Of a stretch of DNA of 64,000 nt, positions 39,935 to 53,007 are shown one piece after another. The stretch is from Octopus bimaculoides (lineage: Eukaryota). The translations under genes and the position numbers were made by a program. The DNA lies in contig NC_068987.1 in the NCBI RefSeq assembly GCF_001194135.2, forward strand, positions 81,650,741 through 81,714,740, in the 5' to 3' direction. Under the pieces are notes generated by a model, which saw only the letters and a program-made list of their open reading frames with translations, was not told the DNA's origin and searched no databases. Within the stretch, counting starts at the first letter, position 1. Each line of letters begins with the position of its first letter.

Positions 39935-40337
39935 TGCGTGCATGTGTGTGTGTTCTTTCTGTTTCTTGATTGAATGGGTTTAGTATTCATAGAATAAAAT
40001 TGTAGTAGTGGTCTGCAGTGGTTTTTTTTCTTTTTCTTGTGCCAGTATATTTGGAGAACATCGATTATGTATACAGTAGCAAGGATTGTGAGAGCTGTTG
40101 GTACCGTAGATAGGTTGTGTTGCCTGGGTCATGAGGAACTGAACTTTTGGTTGTTGAGCCATAACGCAATTACAGACAAAACTATCTTAATATGAAATTA
40201 ATAGAAAAATATCATATTCTGGAGGAAGTGAAGCATGGCAAGTCTGAAGAAGTGCTGAAAGAGAGGAACAGAGAGCATGAGAGAGAGAGAGAGAGAGAGA
40301 AGTGATACAGAAGCAAAAAGAGAAAAGAGCAAACATA

Positions 40338-40720
40338 GGCGCAGGAGGAGCTATGTGGTAAGTAGCTTGCTTACCAACCACATGGTTCTGGGTTCATTCC
40401 CACTGCATGGCACCTTGGGCAACTGTCTTCCACTATAACCTCGGGCTGACCAAAGCCTTGTGAGTGGATTTGGTAGACAGAAACTGAAAGAAGCCCATCG
40501 TATATATGTATATATGTTTGTGTGTCTGTGTTTGTCCCCCCAACATCGCTTGACAACCGATGGTGGTGTGTTTACGTCCCTGTAACTTAACGGCCCAGCA
40601 AAAGAGACCGATAGAATAAGTACTAGACTTACAAAGAATAAGTCCTGGGGTCGATTTGCGCGACTAAAGGCAGTGCTCCAGCATGGCCACATTCAAATGA
40701 CTGAAACAAGTAAAAGAGTA
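40338..40720 (+). mobile_element. SINE family B, full length, followed by a 3'-half copy at about 40790-41010
   Basis: Near-collinear with 19288-19682. Confidence 0.92.
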
Positions 40721-41562
40721 TAGAGGAAGAGTGTTTTTCCAGCGTTCACCACTTCACCTCATCTTATAAAAGAATAAAAGAATATATGTGTGTGTGCCTT
40801 TATGCCTATGTTTGTCCTACCACCGCTTGACAACCGTTGCTGGTGCGCTTACATCACCATAACTTAGCAGTTCAACAAAAGAAACTGAAAGAATAAATTC
40901 CAGGCTTAAACATAAAACAAGTACTGGAGTCAATACATTTGACTAAAAATTCTTCAAGGTGGTGCTCCAGTATGGCCACAGTCAAATGACAGAAACAAGT
41001 AAAAGATAAAAGGTATTTTTATGATTAAACATCATTAGGAATTGTATAAGAAATTGTTAAAATATTTGGCATATAATAGAAGTATAACAAATTCAATGAA
41101 CACAAATCTGGAAAACAAAGTCATATATGAACCCCTGTTGAGAACCACCACTCTATCTCTTCCTTACTTTCTCTCTTCCTCACTTTCTTATTCAATAAAG
41201 AGGAAGTTTAGCCATTATTCAGAGGTTCATGAGTAAGGCAATAATGGTGGTGGCAGCTGCTACAGCTGCTAAGATATGTCAAATGGAGTAGGCAATGATT
41301 TTAAAATTATCTCAAACATATAAAACTGATCTATGGAAAGTGAAAGTTAAAAATAGAAAGTGTCGAAAAAAATGGCCAATGAAGACAAAGGAGATGAGAT
41401 TTTGTGGAACAATAGCAGACCTGTTCATAGCATGGAGTAAGGGAAAAGGTGTTGTATTCTTTTGAGTTGATTTAGCTGTGAGGTCAAGAGATTTGAACAT
41501 TTATATAAACGTTTGTATGAAAACAAAAATCATTGTTGTGTATTATTTCTGTTAGTGGATAT

Positions 41563-41624
41563 AAATATATATATACATACACATACATGTTTGTGTGTGT
41601 TTATATGTCACTATGTATGTATAT

Positions 41625-41656
<32 letters not shown>

Positions 41657-41705
41657 TTAGTATCCATTTTTCATGCTGGCATGAGTTGATATATATGTGT
41701 ATGTA

Positions 41706-41748
<43 letters not shown>

Positions 41749-41811
41749 ATGATGATGATATAAGTATGTATGCATATATACATATTTAAGTATGTATATG
41801 TGTGTGTGTGT

Positions 41812-41880
<69 letters not shown>

Positions 41881-41915
41881 TATACATATATATATATATA
41901 TATATATTTAATATA
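41563..41915. repeat. Compound microsatellite cluster (CAT, TG, TA, GATA)
   Basis: Direct reading. Confidence 0.9.
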
Positions 41916-43234
41916 TATTTTCTTCAATATACGAGCTATGTATCAGCACACACATGTGAGCAGCCACCTGGTAAAATTTGAGTAAACTTATTTTTTGATG
42001 TAATACATATACATATACACTTATATATGTGCATATGTGTATCTTTCTCTCCCTCTCTCTTTATATATATACATATATATTTTTTCATATATATATATTC
42101 ATACATAGATGTGTGTGTGTGTGTGTGTATGTATGCTTATATACCGATTTGTGTTTATATTTATTGCTATAAGAAGGTCCATGCAGCCCCTCCCAGACTG
42201 GGCAAGGATGCTTTTAATGTTCTGTTTAAACTGTTACATGTCAACACCTGCTGGAAAGATATGATTGGAGAGGGGTAGATTCCAGTGAGCACATGGTCAG
42301 GGGATGAGGGATTGGGTATGCAAGTTAGTGGGTGGGGAGGTAGAGGTCAAAGCACCAAGGATGCCAAGAGATGGTGAGATGAGTGGACTAGTCATGCTGG
42401 AGTAGTGGAGACATGTGTTTGTGCATGTGTGTGTGTGTGTGTGTACACAAATATATGTATGTATGTATGTTTATATTCCAAATTAAAGTTATCACCACTA
42501 TGTGTGTGTTAGTGTCTGAGTATTGTTTTTGCAAAGGGAAGTTTTGTCTATGTAGACCTCAATGCACTATGACAGATGCATAGCTGAAACTTTTGAAATA
42601 ACAGTCAACCTTTCCCTTGTACAGACAATATATTTATATATATGTACCCCCTCTCTCTCTCCCTCTCTCGCTATATATATATATACTTTTTTACAAGTTA
42701 TTGTGTGATAACTTGTAAATTTAATGTTTTACTGCTTTTATATATACCTATAGAGGAAAAAACATTAACATATTTGTATATATATAAGTTGACCTGTATC
42801 CAGTATTATTTGTTTAAATATGGCTTACTCACTTTGTTATCTCATACCTGCTATCATAATTCCGTTTTGTATATTTTCTAATTTTCTATCTTCTTCAGTA
42901 GCTTTATACATATTTTCCATAACTTCCATAACCTTTATACCATTGTATTTTTATATCAAATTATATCATATTATATTATGTTCACATTGTATTATATAAT
43001 ATTTCATTTTAATATATTCTTCATTTTGTTATTTCATTAGATTACATTGTTAAATTCCTCCCTGTATATCTTACCCACTCACAAACAAATGCCAACTCTG
43101 CCATCTGTAACATGTTTATGAATAAAGAATTTTACAAAAGCCATGTGGAATCCAATATCTACAAGCTCATGCATCCTCCACTGTCACCCTACATAGATAT
43201 TAGCTCCATGACAAATGCGACACCTATTACATTA

Positions 43235-43810
43235 CAGTCAAACATTGTTTATCTGAAAATCAATTATCCAAATTGCCGTTTATCTGAACAAGCTCTCCAG
43301 GACCCTTGAATATTTAATTAGCTGTACTGCATGTAACCCAAAGTCTAGAATCATACTGGTGTTAACATCTCATCTTTTGTTTATTGTGATTAAAAGTGAA
43401 TTCAAATTACTGGAGAGCATGAATAAATGTTACAACAACAATCATATCTTTTGTTTACAGTTGTTGAGGATAACTTGCGTCAGACTATCTGACAGTTGAT
43501 CTATGTTTGATCTTAGAGTTTTATCTTATAGTCAGTCACATTAAACAGTTAAAATGATTGTAACTCATAAAAATAACTGACATGTTGAAAGAATTTATAG
43601 CATGGCAAATCAATGGTCACTGCGTCAGTTTGTGACTTTGTTCTAAGTACATATCTGTTATAAGTAATTGAGGTTGTTGCCATGTCTGTGAAGAGAAAGC
43701 AAACACCATTGACAATCAAACAGAAAAGTGAGATTTTTACAGCTTCTGGATCATAGTGAAAAAACAACCACAAAGACTACACAAGGATACACCATTTTAT
43801 TGATTGAATG
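43235..43810 (+). mobile_element. Tigger/pogo-like element 5' end with transposase N-terminus remnant
   Basis: TA-CAGTCAAAC terminus at 43233-43243. ATG at 43682 gives MSVKRKQTPLTIKQKSEI then, after a one-base frameshift, LQLLDHSEK; this resembles the CENP-B/pogo HTH N-terminus (KRK...LTIKQK.EIL.LL). Confidence 0.6.
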
Positions 43811-44124
43811 CCATAAAACTCTGTGAGCATGCCTTTTTTTTACATAATTATGTTTAGCTTGTTTTCCTTTGATTATGATCATAGCAATTATTTGAACAAT
43901 CAGTTATCTGCTCAAAATACTCCCCACCAATCCTTTCTGGATGATTGAGGTTTAACTGTATTAGACATAAACTCTACAAACTGTGTGTACATTTCATGTG
44001 GATGTGTTATGGAAGTTGATTCAATATTGGATATGACCATTGCTTGTTAATGAACAGAAAAGCAAATACGACTTATCATCTCAGTTGATGAACTTTCATG
44101 CTATATATAAATTATGTATCTGTG

Positions 44125-44995
44125 TATACACACACATACCTACACACACATACACACACACATCCATACACACACATACACACACACATCCATACACACA
44201 CATACACACACACATCCANNNNNNNNNNTCCATACACACACATACACACACACATCCATACACACACATACACACACATCCATACACACACATACACACA
44301 CACATCCATACACACACACATCCATACACACACATACACATACCTACACACACATACACACACACATCCATACACACACATACACACACACACACATNNN
44401 NNNNNNNNNNNNNNNNNNNNNNNNNNNNNNNNNNNNNNNNNNNNNNNNNNNNNNNNNNNNNNNNNNNNNNNNNNNNNNNNNNNNNNNNNNNNNNNNNNNN
44501 NNNNNNNNNNNNNNNNNNNNNNNNNNNNNNNNNNNNNNNNNNNNNNNNNNNNNNNNNNNNNNNNNNNNNNNNNNNNNNNNNNNNNNNNNNNNNNNNNNNN
44601 NNNNNNNNNNNNNNNNNNNNNNNNNNNNNNNNNNNNNNNNNNNNNNNNNNNNNNNNNNNNNNNNNNNNNNNNNNNNNNNNNNNNNNNNNNNNNNNNNNNN
44701 NNNNNNNNNNNNNNNNNNNNNNNNNNNNNNNNNNNNNNNNNNNNNNNNNNNNNNNNNNNNNNNNNNNNNNNNNNNNNNNNNNNNNNNNNNNNNNNNNNNN
44801 NNNNNNNNNNNNNNNNNNNNNNACACACACATACACACACACATCCATACACACACATACACACACATCCATACACACACATACACACACACATCCATAC
44901 ACACACACATACCTACACACACATACACACACACATCCATACACACACATACACACACACACACATCCATACACACACATACATATATATCGCTT
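44125..44995. repeat. CA-rich minisatellite built from CATCCATACACACACATACACA-like units (spans two gaps)
   Basis: Direct reading. It explains the HT/CV-repeat ORFs. Confidence 0.93.
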
Positions 44996-46090
44996 GTATT
45001 CTTTGTATCAACCAAACTACTGGATGTTGTTATTTACCACCAGTCATAATGCACTTTCAATTCTGTCTCGGTTGTGCCATTCTTTTCCATCTTGACGCAA
45101 ATCGTTTTACTAAATCCTCTTTCCATTGTCATGGAAGCCTTCCAAGTGATTTTTCCAATCTCTTGGATATCATTAAGCAACTGCATGGGTCCATATGTTG
45201 TCTGTGAATTTTGCGACATGACTGGCTGAGCAGAACTTGTGCATTCTGTAATCATGTTATCCACTCTGCTTCATTCTTGAATCATCTCATTTCATATATG
45301 CTCTTGTAACGATATTGTGTGTGCGCGTGTGTGTGTGTGTGTGTGTGTGTGTACACCATTGACAATCAAACAGAAAAGTGACAGACACGAGCATAGTTAT
45401 TTGGTTAAGAAATTTACTTCCCAACTACATGGTTTCAGTTTCGGTCTGGCTGTGTAGCACCTTGGGCAAGTGTTTTCTACTCCTCAACAGATTCCTAATA
45501 TAAATTCTGAACCCTTTATTATATACCCTCACTTTTATTTGGAAACAAATATGCATACTTACCATGTCAAGCTGTACAAAGAATTGAACAAATAATTGAA
45601 GAAAAAGACACATTGTCTCCTTTATGCCCCGAAGAACATGCATATTCCATCATAGACACACTACACTGTACACTTTTCCTGAAAAAAAAAAAACAAAAAA
45701 AAACATGAAAATCAATCAAGTACAAGATATAAAAAAATTGTCTCCTTTGAAAGGAGGACTACCAGGCAGACCATCAAGAAGTATAATTAATTAATCTTGT
45801 CTGGATTACATTGCTTTCTAGGTTCCAAACCACACCCTAAGATAATTGCCACTCTAACAATCAACTTCTAACCACAGAATCCCATTGATTTTCCTATTTA
45901 TGCTTCTAGGCATGTCTAAAGTGGTGAAGGTAAGAGTCTCTTTCAGTTAAATAACTTTCTGTCGCAGTGGTTGTTTTGGAAATTCTTATGTATAAGGCTT
46001 GTGAATGTTTAGTAAAATTGGACTTAACATTTAAGAAAGAGAGAATTGCGAAATACAGGTGTATATAACTGTTACAGTTATGCAAAAAGG

Positions 46091-46582
46091 AAATCAAATC
46101 AAAATCGCTGTGTGGCCGATTACAATACCGCCTGATTGGCACTCATGCCAGTGGAACGTTAAAAGCACATTCGAGCATGATCGTTGCCAGGGCTACAGAT
46201 TGGCTCCCATGCCATTGGCATGTAAAAAGTACCATTCAAGCATGAACATTGCTAGTATCGCCTTACCGGCACATAAAAAGCAACATTCAAGCGTGGTTGT
46301 TGCCAGTGCCGCCAGACTGGCTCCTGTGCAGGTAGCACCTTTGAGCATGGTTGTTGCCAGAACCCGCCTGACTGGCTCTCATGCTGGTGGCATGTAAAAG
46401 CACCCACTACACTCTCAGAGTGGTTGGCATTAGGAAGGACATCCAGCAGTAGAAACTTTGCCAGATCAGATTGAGCCTGGTGCAGCCTTCTGGCTCATCA
46501 GTCCTCAGTTAAACTATCCAACCCATGCCAGCATGAAAAGCAGACATTAAACAAAGATGACAACGATGATGATGATAATGAT
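46091..46582 (+). mobile_element. SINE family C with several internal modules of about 50-65 bp
   Basis: Repeated GCCAGT...GACTGGCTC...GGCA-GTAAAAAGCAC modules, then CACTCTC.GAGTGGTTGGC.TTAGGAAGG and a (GAT)n tail. Confidence 0.85.
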
Positions 46583-48100
46583 GAAGAGGAAAGAAAAAGG
46601 GGAAACATTAAGGGGCATATTTATTGACAGTGCAAGGAAAATTTTCTTTTTTTATCTTTTAGTCAGGAAGAAAGACAGTGTTCATTGTCTATAACAGACT
46701 AAATAGGAGAAAGAGGAAAGTGTCTTCAAATAGGAAACCTTACCTGAATACTTGCAACAGAATGGATTCTGCCAAAAGCACCTAAGGAGCCAGGTGGTGG
46801 TACTAAACTGGATGGTAGTCATACCATCTTAAGGCATGGGCACACTGGGCAGATTTAGAGGCCGAATTCTAATTTATGTATGTTATGGCTTGCTATCCAT
46901 AAATAGATTCTATGGGGCCCAGTACACTGATTTGTTCAGGGGCCATCTTACTGCTAAGGTGGCTCTGGATTAAGCCTACCACCTAAGTAGCCATGACAGG
47001 ATTTGAACTCAAAACACAGAGTACCAGAACAAATACCATGAAGCACCCAGTCCAGTGTTCATACAGTTCCACCAATGCACCATTTTGAATTGGTAGGTAT
47101 TTGTTCCCAAAAGGACAAAAGGTAAATTTGATCATGGCAGGAGTTAAAAGCAACACAGAGAGTTGGAACAAATATTGCAAAACATTCTGTTCAACACATG
47201 AACAATTCTACCAATTCACTAGCTGATCGTTGCTTGAATAAAAGATGTTAAAACACAATAAAGTCAAAATACTTACAAGATTCTATATACAAATAGAAGT
47301 TAATTTTCCAATTATGAGAAAAATCAGTTTTCTAATCATTTTCAGCCTTGTAATAGTTCTCAGTCTCTTGTGCAATATTTCTGGAGAACACTTAATTATG
47401 AATGGTGGTGGTGGTGGTGGTGGTGGTGGTGGAGAGTATTTTCAAGAATGAAAAGGAACGGAAAGAAAAGAAACAAATAGCAAAGAGGAGAGATACCTAT
47501 ATATTGGTAATACAGAAGAAAAAAAGAAGCTGATTACCATTTAAATAAATAAATAAAACAATCAATAGAATAAATAAAATAAAATGAATATGTTCACATG
47601 ATTCAGTTGATAAATTTGAGTATTTTTTTTTTCCAATAATGAGAAAAGACAAGAGAAGACAAAGCAGTTTAGCAATAGTTTTCAATCTCATTTGAAATAT
47701 CTTTGAGCAACACTTAGCTACTTCAGAATTTATGACACAAAATATATGTTAGAAAGGAGAACTCTAAACAATCATACATCATCATCATTATTGTCTTTTT
47801 AAATGTCTGTTTTTCATTCTGGCATTTGTTGGGCAGTTTCACGGGGCCTGATGGGTTCAAGGACCACATGCCCCAATGTCTGCTTTGACAAGATTTCTAT
47901 GGTTAGATGCTCTTCCTAATATCAACCGCTTTACAGAATGTGCACCATGCTCTTTTCATCACATTAGTGAGATTGCCATGTGACTTGCAAGACTAAGATC
48001 AAAATTCACCTGAGTGAAGCTGCAACAGAGATGAAGGTAGCTTTATGCTATTTGATGGCAGGTTAAAGTATGAAAGAAAAGACTTGGACAAGTTTATGGC

Positions 48101-48140
<40 letters not shown>

Positions 48141-48154
48141 CCAAACGTGATCGA

Positions 48155-48364
48155 TGCCAAGCATCCCTGACTGGCTCCTGTGCTAGTGGAACATAAAAAG
48201 CACCCACTACCCTCTTGGAGTGGTTGGCGTTAGGAAGGGCATCCAGCTATAGAAATATTGCTAGATCAGATTGGAGCCTGGTGCAGCCGCTGGCTTGACA
48301 GATCTCAGTTAAGCTGTCCAACCCATGCCAGCATGGAAAATGGACGTTAAACGATGATGATGAT

Positions 48365-48365
<1 letters not shown>
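48155..48365 (+). mobile_element. SINE family C, 3' part
   Basis: Same tail as 46400-46582. Confidence 0.85.
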
Positions 48366-48433
<68 letters not shown>

Positions 48434-48872
48434 CTATTTGTAAAATCTCAAGAAGAGATCAGAGTAGTAACTATACTAAAAAGTAAAGTCAGTTGCCACA
48501 TCAAAGTTGCTGTTCTATGTTACTATTAGTTTAACCAGTGCTATAAAGGCAGAAGTAAATCTGTCTACAACTCAGTTGCATGCCTGTGTTTCACTTATTT
48601 TTGTGTGTGTTTTACAACATAAACGTCACGAACTGCCTACCCTGAGTAATTACTGATGGCATGTGCCTGGTATATACGGCTTCATGGAGGCAGTGACCAA
48701 GACCTTTGGCATAATGTTGTGCTTGAGAAGAAGACCCAACAAGCCAAAATAAATTGTAAAGTTTGTTGTTGCATAAATACAGAATCTGGAAGTGGTGAAA
48801 ATATAGGGCTGATTTCTTTAGTGGGGTCAAGAGGAATAGGTTCATCAGGGTGATAAGTCTGAAAGTATGGGT

Positions 48873-49500
48873 TCAGTAACAGATGTTGAAATCCCAGGAG
48901 AAGGAGCAGAAAATGGTGAAGGCTTTTACAGAAAAAAAAAATATCAAGAAAATAAACGGAACTGGATGCTTCTTCCTTTCATTTACACTAAGCCATAGTT
49001 TTCTTGACTTCTTTTTTTCAACCTGTAAAAACCATTCTACATTACCATCCATAGCTTTAAGCATTTGTATTGCTTTAGCAGGTGTATAGCATTCCTCTGC
49101 CAACTGTGTAGTTATAAATTTCCTTGTTTCTAGTACTTCCTCACCAATCTTCTTCTCCTCTTTGTTCTCACAGTTTTTCTTTTTCAATTCTGTCAACTCT
49201 TCATTCATCAGGTTTTCGTTCTCATCCACTATCAACTGTCCAAAATCCTCTTAATCCACATCAGGGTCAAGCTTTTTTTTTTTTTGCAAACACTACTCTA
49301 CAATTTTCCATGACTCTTATAAAACTGTCGACATGAATGACATTCAAGGTTTCAACATGTTTTCATAAAATTTTGCTGATACCATTTACACATTCTTTTG
49401 CAACACCTTCCTAGGTTTTAGCAATGTTCCTAATTGCCTTCAGAATATTGTACCTGTTCCAAAAATGATAAGATGAGGTGATGTGGTCTGTTGCATCAGG
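48873..49500 (-). pseudogene. Tigger/pogo-like transposase C-terminal remnant
   Basis: Minus translation FWNRYNILKAIRNIAKT*EGVAKECVNG and ELTELKKK...RKFITTQLAEECYTPAKAIQMLKAMDGNVEWFLQVE, resembling Tigger FWK.YNI..AI.NI..AW.EV and KFT.K.LAE.....A....EAMD.NVERF..V. Confidence 0.75.
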
Positions 49501-49714
49501 CAATTTTACATTCATACATAAACTCTCAATTTAACATTTTATTAAACTACCTTCCTGTTTTGGAGTGTTGAAGTTACAAGCTGTTGCACACACGTGCAGG
49601 TACAGATGCACACACTGGCACACATGCAAAGATATTCATACTCTGTTATAAATATAGAGATAGGGAGAAAGATGGATACATTCTACTAATATAATTCTAT
49701 GCACGTGTGTGTGT

Positions 49715-49750
<36 letters not shown>

Positions 49751-50689
49751 ATACTAAAACAACAACAACAAAAATATACAGAAACATAGTATTGGTCACA
49801 AAGTTGGAGTTCTGTTTCTGTGTTAAGCTCTAATATCAAACAAACTCTATTTCTACAGCTGCCTAATTCACCTACTGATCTGCTAGAAATAGCAGCCAAA
49901 ATCTCTCAAATCACACTTCAGAAAAAAACATGTTGGATAATGAACTCCTGGGTTCCTTGCACATTTGGAAAAAGATGGGATGGTCATGACTGGAATGCCT
50001 TTGATCATGCATAGGTCTGCTTAATCAAGGCTGACCTGAGGTAAGACAAAAGCAAAATTAACAATCAACCACAATGATTAGATTCAATTCGCATACACAC
50101 TCACACTCATATATATATGTGTGAATATGTGTGTGTGCGTGTGTACACAGATATACATATATACTTACTTTATTGGAATCAAGAGAATTCTTTTGTGTAT
50201 GGTATTTAGGGCTTTCCTACTTAACTTATTAATATTAGGGAAGAGACTTTTCTGTTAATAATGTCTATTAACAAATTTTGTAAGCATCTAAATCCATTTC
50301 TGTACTATCCATACCTTATCTTTAAATAGCATGAATGTGTGTGTGTATGTATGTGTGTATTTATATATATATATATATATATATAAATATTATCTTATCT
50401 AAATTAACTATTGCTTAACCATCCTCTCACACCGTCTCCGATGAAGAGATATAATAAATATCTTGGAAACAGCTGTAAAACCTTCTATTTATAAATGTTC
50501 TATAATGTACACAGCCTTGGGTTTTTTTATCTCATTACGAAAAGTAAATCCTTATATATATATTATGTATATAAATATGTGTGAAACCAAGTATTTCTAG
50601 GTTTTTATGTGCAAATGATAGATGGATGGATGGATGGACGGACATACATACATACAGACATACATACATATTTGTAATGCTTATCGTGA

Positions 50690-51020
50690 TAGATACACAC
50701 TTTATTTTGTGAGTGAGACCTTTGGCAATTTGCTGTGCTTGAGAAGACACGTCAACCCAAATGAAATTGTAGACATGGCCATCACCAGTGACATGTAAAA
50801 GGCACCTGTGCTGGTGGCACATAAAAGGCACCCATGCCAGTGACATGTAAAAGGTACCCATTACACTTTTGGAGTGGTTGGCATTAGGAAGGGCATCCAT
50901 CCATAGAAATCAAGCTAAATTGGACTGGAACCTGGTATGGCTATCTGGTTTGCCAGTTTCCAGTCAAACTGTCTAACCCATGCCAGCATGGTAAACAGAT
51001 ACTAAATGTTGACAATGACG
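50690..51020 (+). mobile_element. SINE family C followed by an expanded (GAT)n tail (about 51015-51155)
   Basis: Family C modules and tail; the microsatellite is read directly. Confidence 0.8.
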
Positions 51021-51031
51021 ATGATGATGAA

Positions 51032-51084
<53 letters not shown>

Positions 51085-51086
51085 CG

Positions 51087-51118
<32 letters not shown>

Positions 51119-51544
51119 GATGATGACGATGATGATGGTGATGGTGATGATGATGAGTAACTATTCTTTGACAAGATAAACATCATGATGGAGTATCAGC
51201 CATTCTTAGTGTTTAAATTAACAGCACATCTCTTCAGCCACTGTATAAACACATATATTTTTTCGGAGCAGCATTTATACATTTGTAGCTTGTCTTCTTA
51301 TTTATTTGAATGACCACTGAATGATTAAACATCAGTTAATGGAGTTACAAGCAAAAAAATCAAAACAAATTATGGTGCTAATTAATTGGCAATGCATAAT
51401 TAAGTTAAAATAATTACTCATAAAATACTACCTTTTTCTTTTCTCTTCTTATTTTCTTTTTTTTCCCAGCAATCAAACACATCCAAGGAAATGTTAAATA
51501 AATGTGCTTATTCATGGATATTGCAGAAGATATGGACAACAACT

Positions 51545-52260
51545 ATTATTATTATTATTATTATTATTATTTGACTTTTAATCTGCATTTTTGTTACACT
51601 CGCCGAGACACACCCAGTGTCCTGTGATAAGTGAAAGATAAGAGATGTTACAGTATGACTGAAAGCTTGGGGAGGGGAAGTAGCAAAATATCTTCATGTA
51701 AAACAACACAGACATTTAAATGGATAGGGTTTTTCTAAGGATGTGGGCAGTACTTGTCAGTACAATCTTTTGGATTTCTCTGAGACATGGTTCTCCTGGT
51801 ATCTTATCTAGATGTTTATGACATCCCCTTTTTTTATCATGTCTAGGGCACCCACAATAACAGGAACAGTTCTCATTTTAAGATGCAACATCTTTTGTAT
51901 TTCAATTCCCAGGTCTTTATATTGACTTAATTTGTCCAATTCCATGACAGATATATTTTTATCAGTGGAAACACTTACATCTATTAGTCTACAAGTATTT
52001 TCTTCCTTGTCTTTAATAATTATGTCTGGTTGATTGACTGGGAAAATCCCACAGGATGGTGACATTTTTACCTTCAATGACTGGCCCAGGATGATGTTCA
52101 TACCAGTAAGCAAGAGTGCTGATTTTGTAGTGTTTACATATTTTCCAGTGTAAATACTGCCCTACCCAATCATGGTGACTTTTGTATTCGTTTGGTGTCA
52201 GCACAGGACATCTCAAGATGTTTCGTCAAATGTGTCACAGAATCTGCATTTAGGGTCAGA
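51545..52260 (-). mobile_element. R4/Dong-like LINE 3' end: zinc knuckle, restriction-like endonuclease, 3' UTR and (TAA)n tail
   Basis: Minus translation PKCRFCDTFDET..CPVLTPNEYKSHHD.VGQYLHWKICKHY...NVTILWDF..NQPDIIIKDKEENTCRLIDVSV...KYKDLGIEIQKM...VPVIVGAL...KIPGEPCLREIQKIVLTSTAHILRK. Frameshifts are present. (AAT)n tail at 51545-51572. Confidence 0.9.
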
Positions 52261-52554
52261 ACCAGCTCAATTTCCACTCAGTTCTAGAAGAAAAAATAAT
52301 AAATATATAAATAAGCTGAGTGGAAATCAAGCCAGTGAGTGTGTTATTTAATAAGACGTAAAAACAAAATGACTCTACCCAGACACAACAAAACTTATTA
52401 TTAATATTTGGTTGTAATTCTGTGCTGGTGTTCCTGTAGCTCTCTGTTGACATTGTAACTAGCTTCATTATGATTCATATCAGACCTTAACTTTTGGGAT
52501 AGAATGTTTCCTCTATAAAAGTCCTTTTATTCTCTTCATATATATCCTCACTTT

Positions 52555-52630
52555 GCATTGATAATTCTTCCCAGATAATTCTTGCTGAACCAAGCAAACA
52601 GGTTTTCTGCACTGCACCTACTCCAGATTG
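52555..52630 (-). mobile_element. Second R4/Dong-like extreme C-terminal fragment
   Basis: Minus translation GAVQKTCLLGSARII, like the QK..LLGTA.I terminal motif. Confidence 0.5.
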
Positions 52631-52775
52631 ATATGGCCAGTTTAAATGCTAAAGGGTTAAGGAAATTACCGGTCCTGGTCAAACTGTCCAACCCATGTCT
52701 GCATGGACAATGGATGTTAAATGATGATGATGATGATGGATTACAAGCACAGTAATGGTATTATATTAAAATAAA

Positions 52776-53007
52776 AGGGCGGTGAGCTGGCAGAATTGTT
52801 AGCATGCCAGGCAAAATGCTTAGTGGTTTTTCGTCTGCTGTTACATTCTGAGTTCAAATTCAGCCAAGGTCGACTTTGCTTTCATCTTTTCGGGGTTGAT
52901 TAAATAAATACCAGTTACACACTGGAGTCGATGTAATAGAGTTAATCTCTTTGTCTGTCTTTGTTTGTCCCCTCTATGTTTAGCCCCCTGTGGGCAATAA
53001 AGAAATG
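52776..53007 (+). mobile_element. SINE family A, long-tail variant
   Basis: Collinear with 1768-2011. Confidence 0.9.

Noticed and set aside
42170-42280. Minus-strand HIFPAGVDM*QFKQNIKSIL, like a CR1/L2 3' end
   Set aside because: Too short to call.
45040-45290. Minus-strand similarity to a Helitron motif (AEWDNMITEC after a frameshift)
   Set aside because: Too short and needs an assumed frameshift; unsupported without a search.
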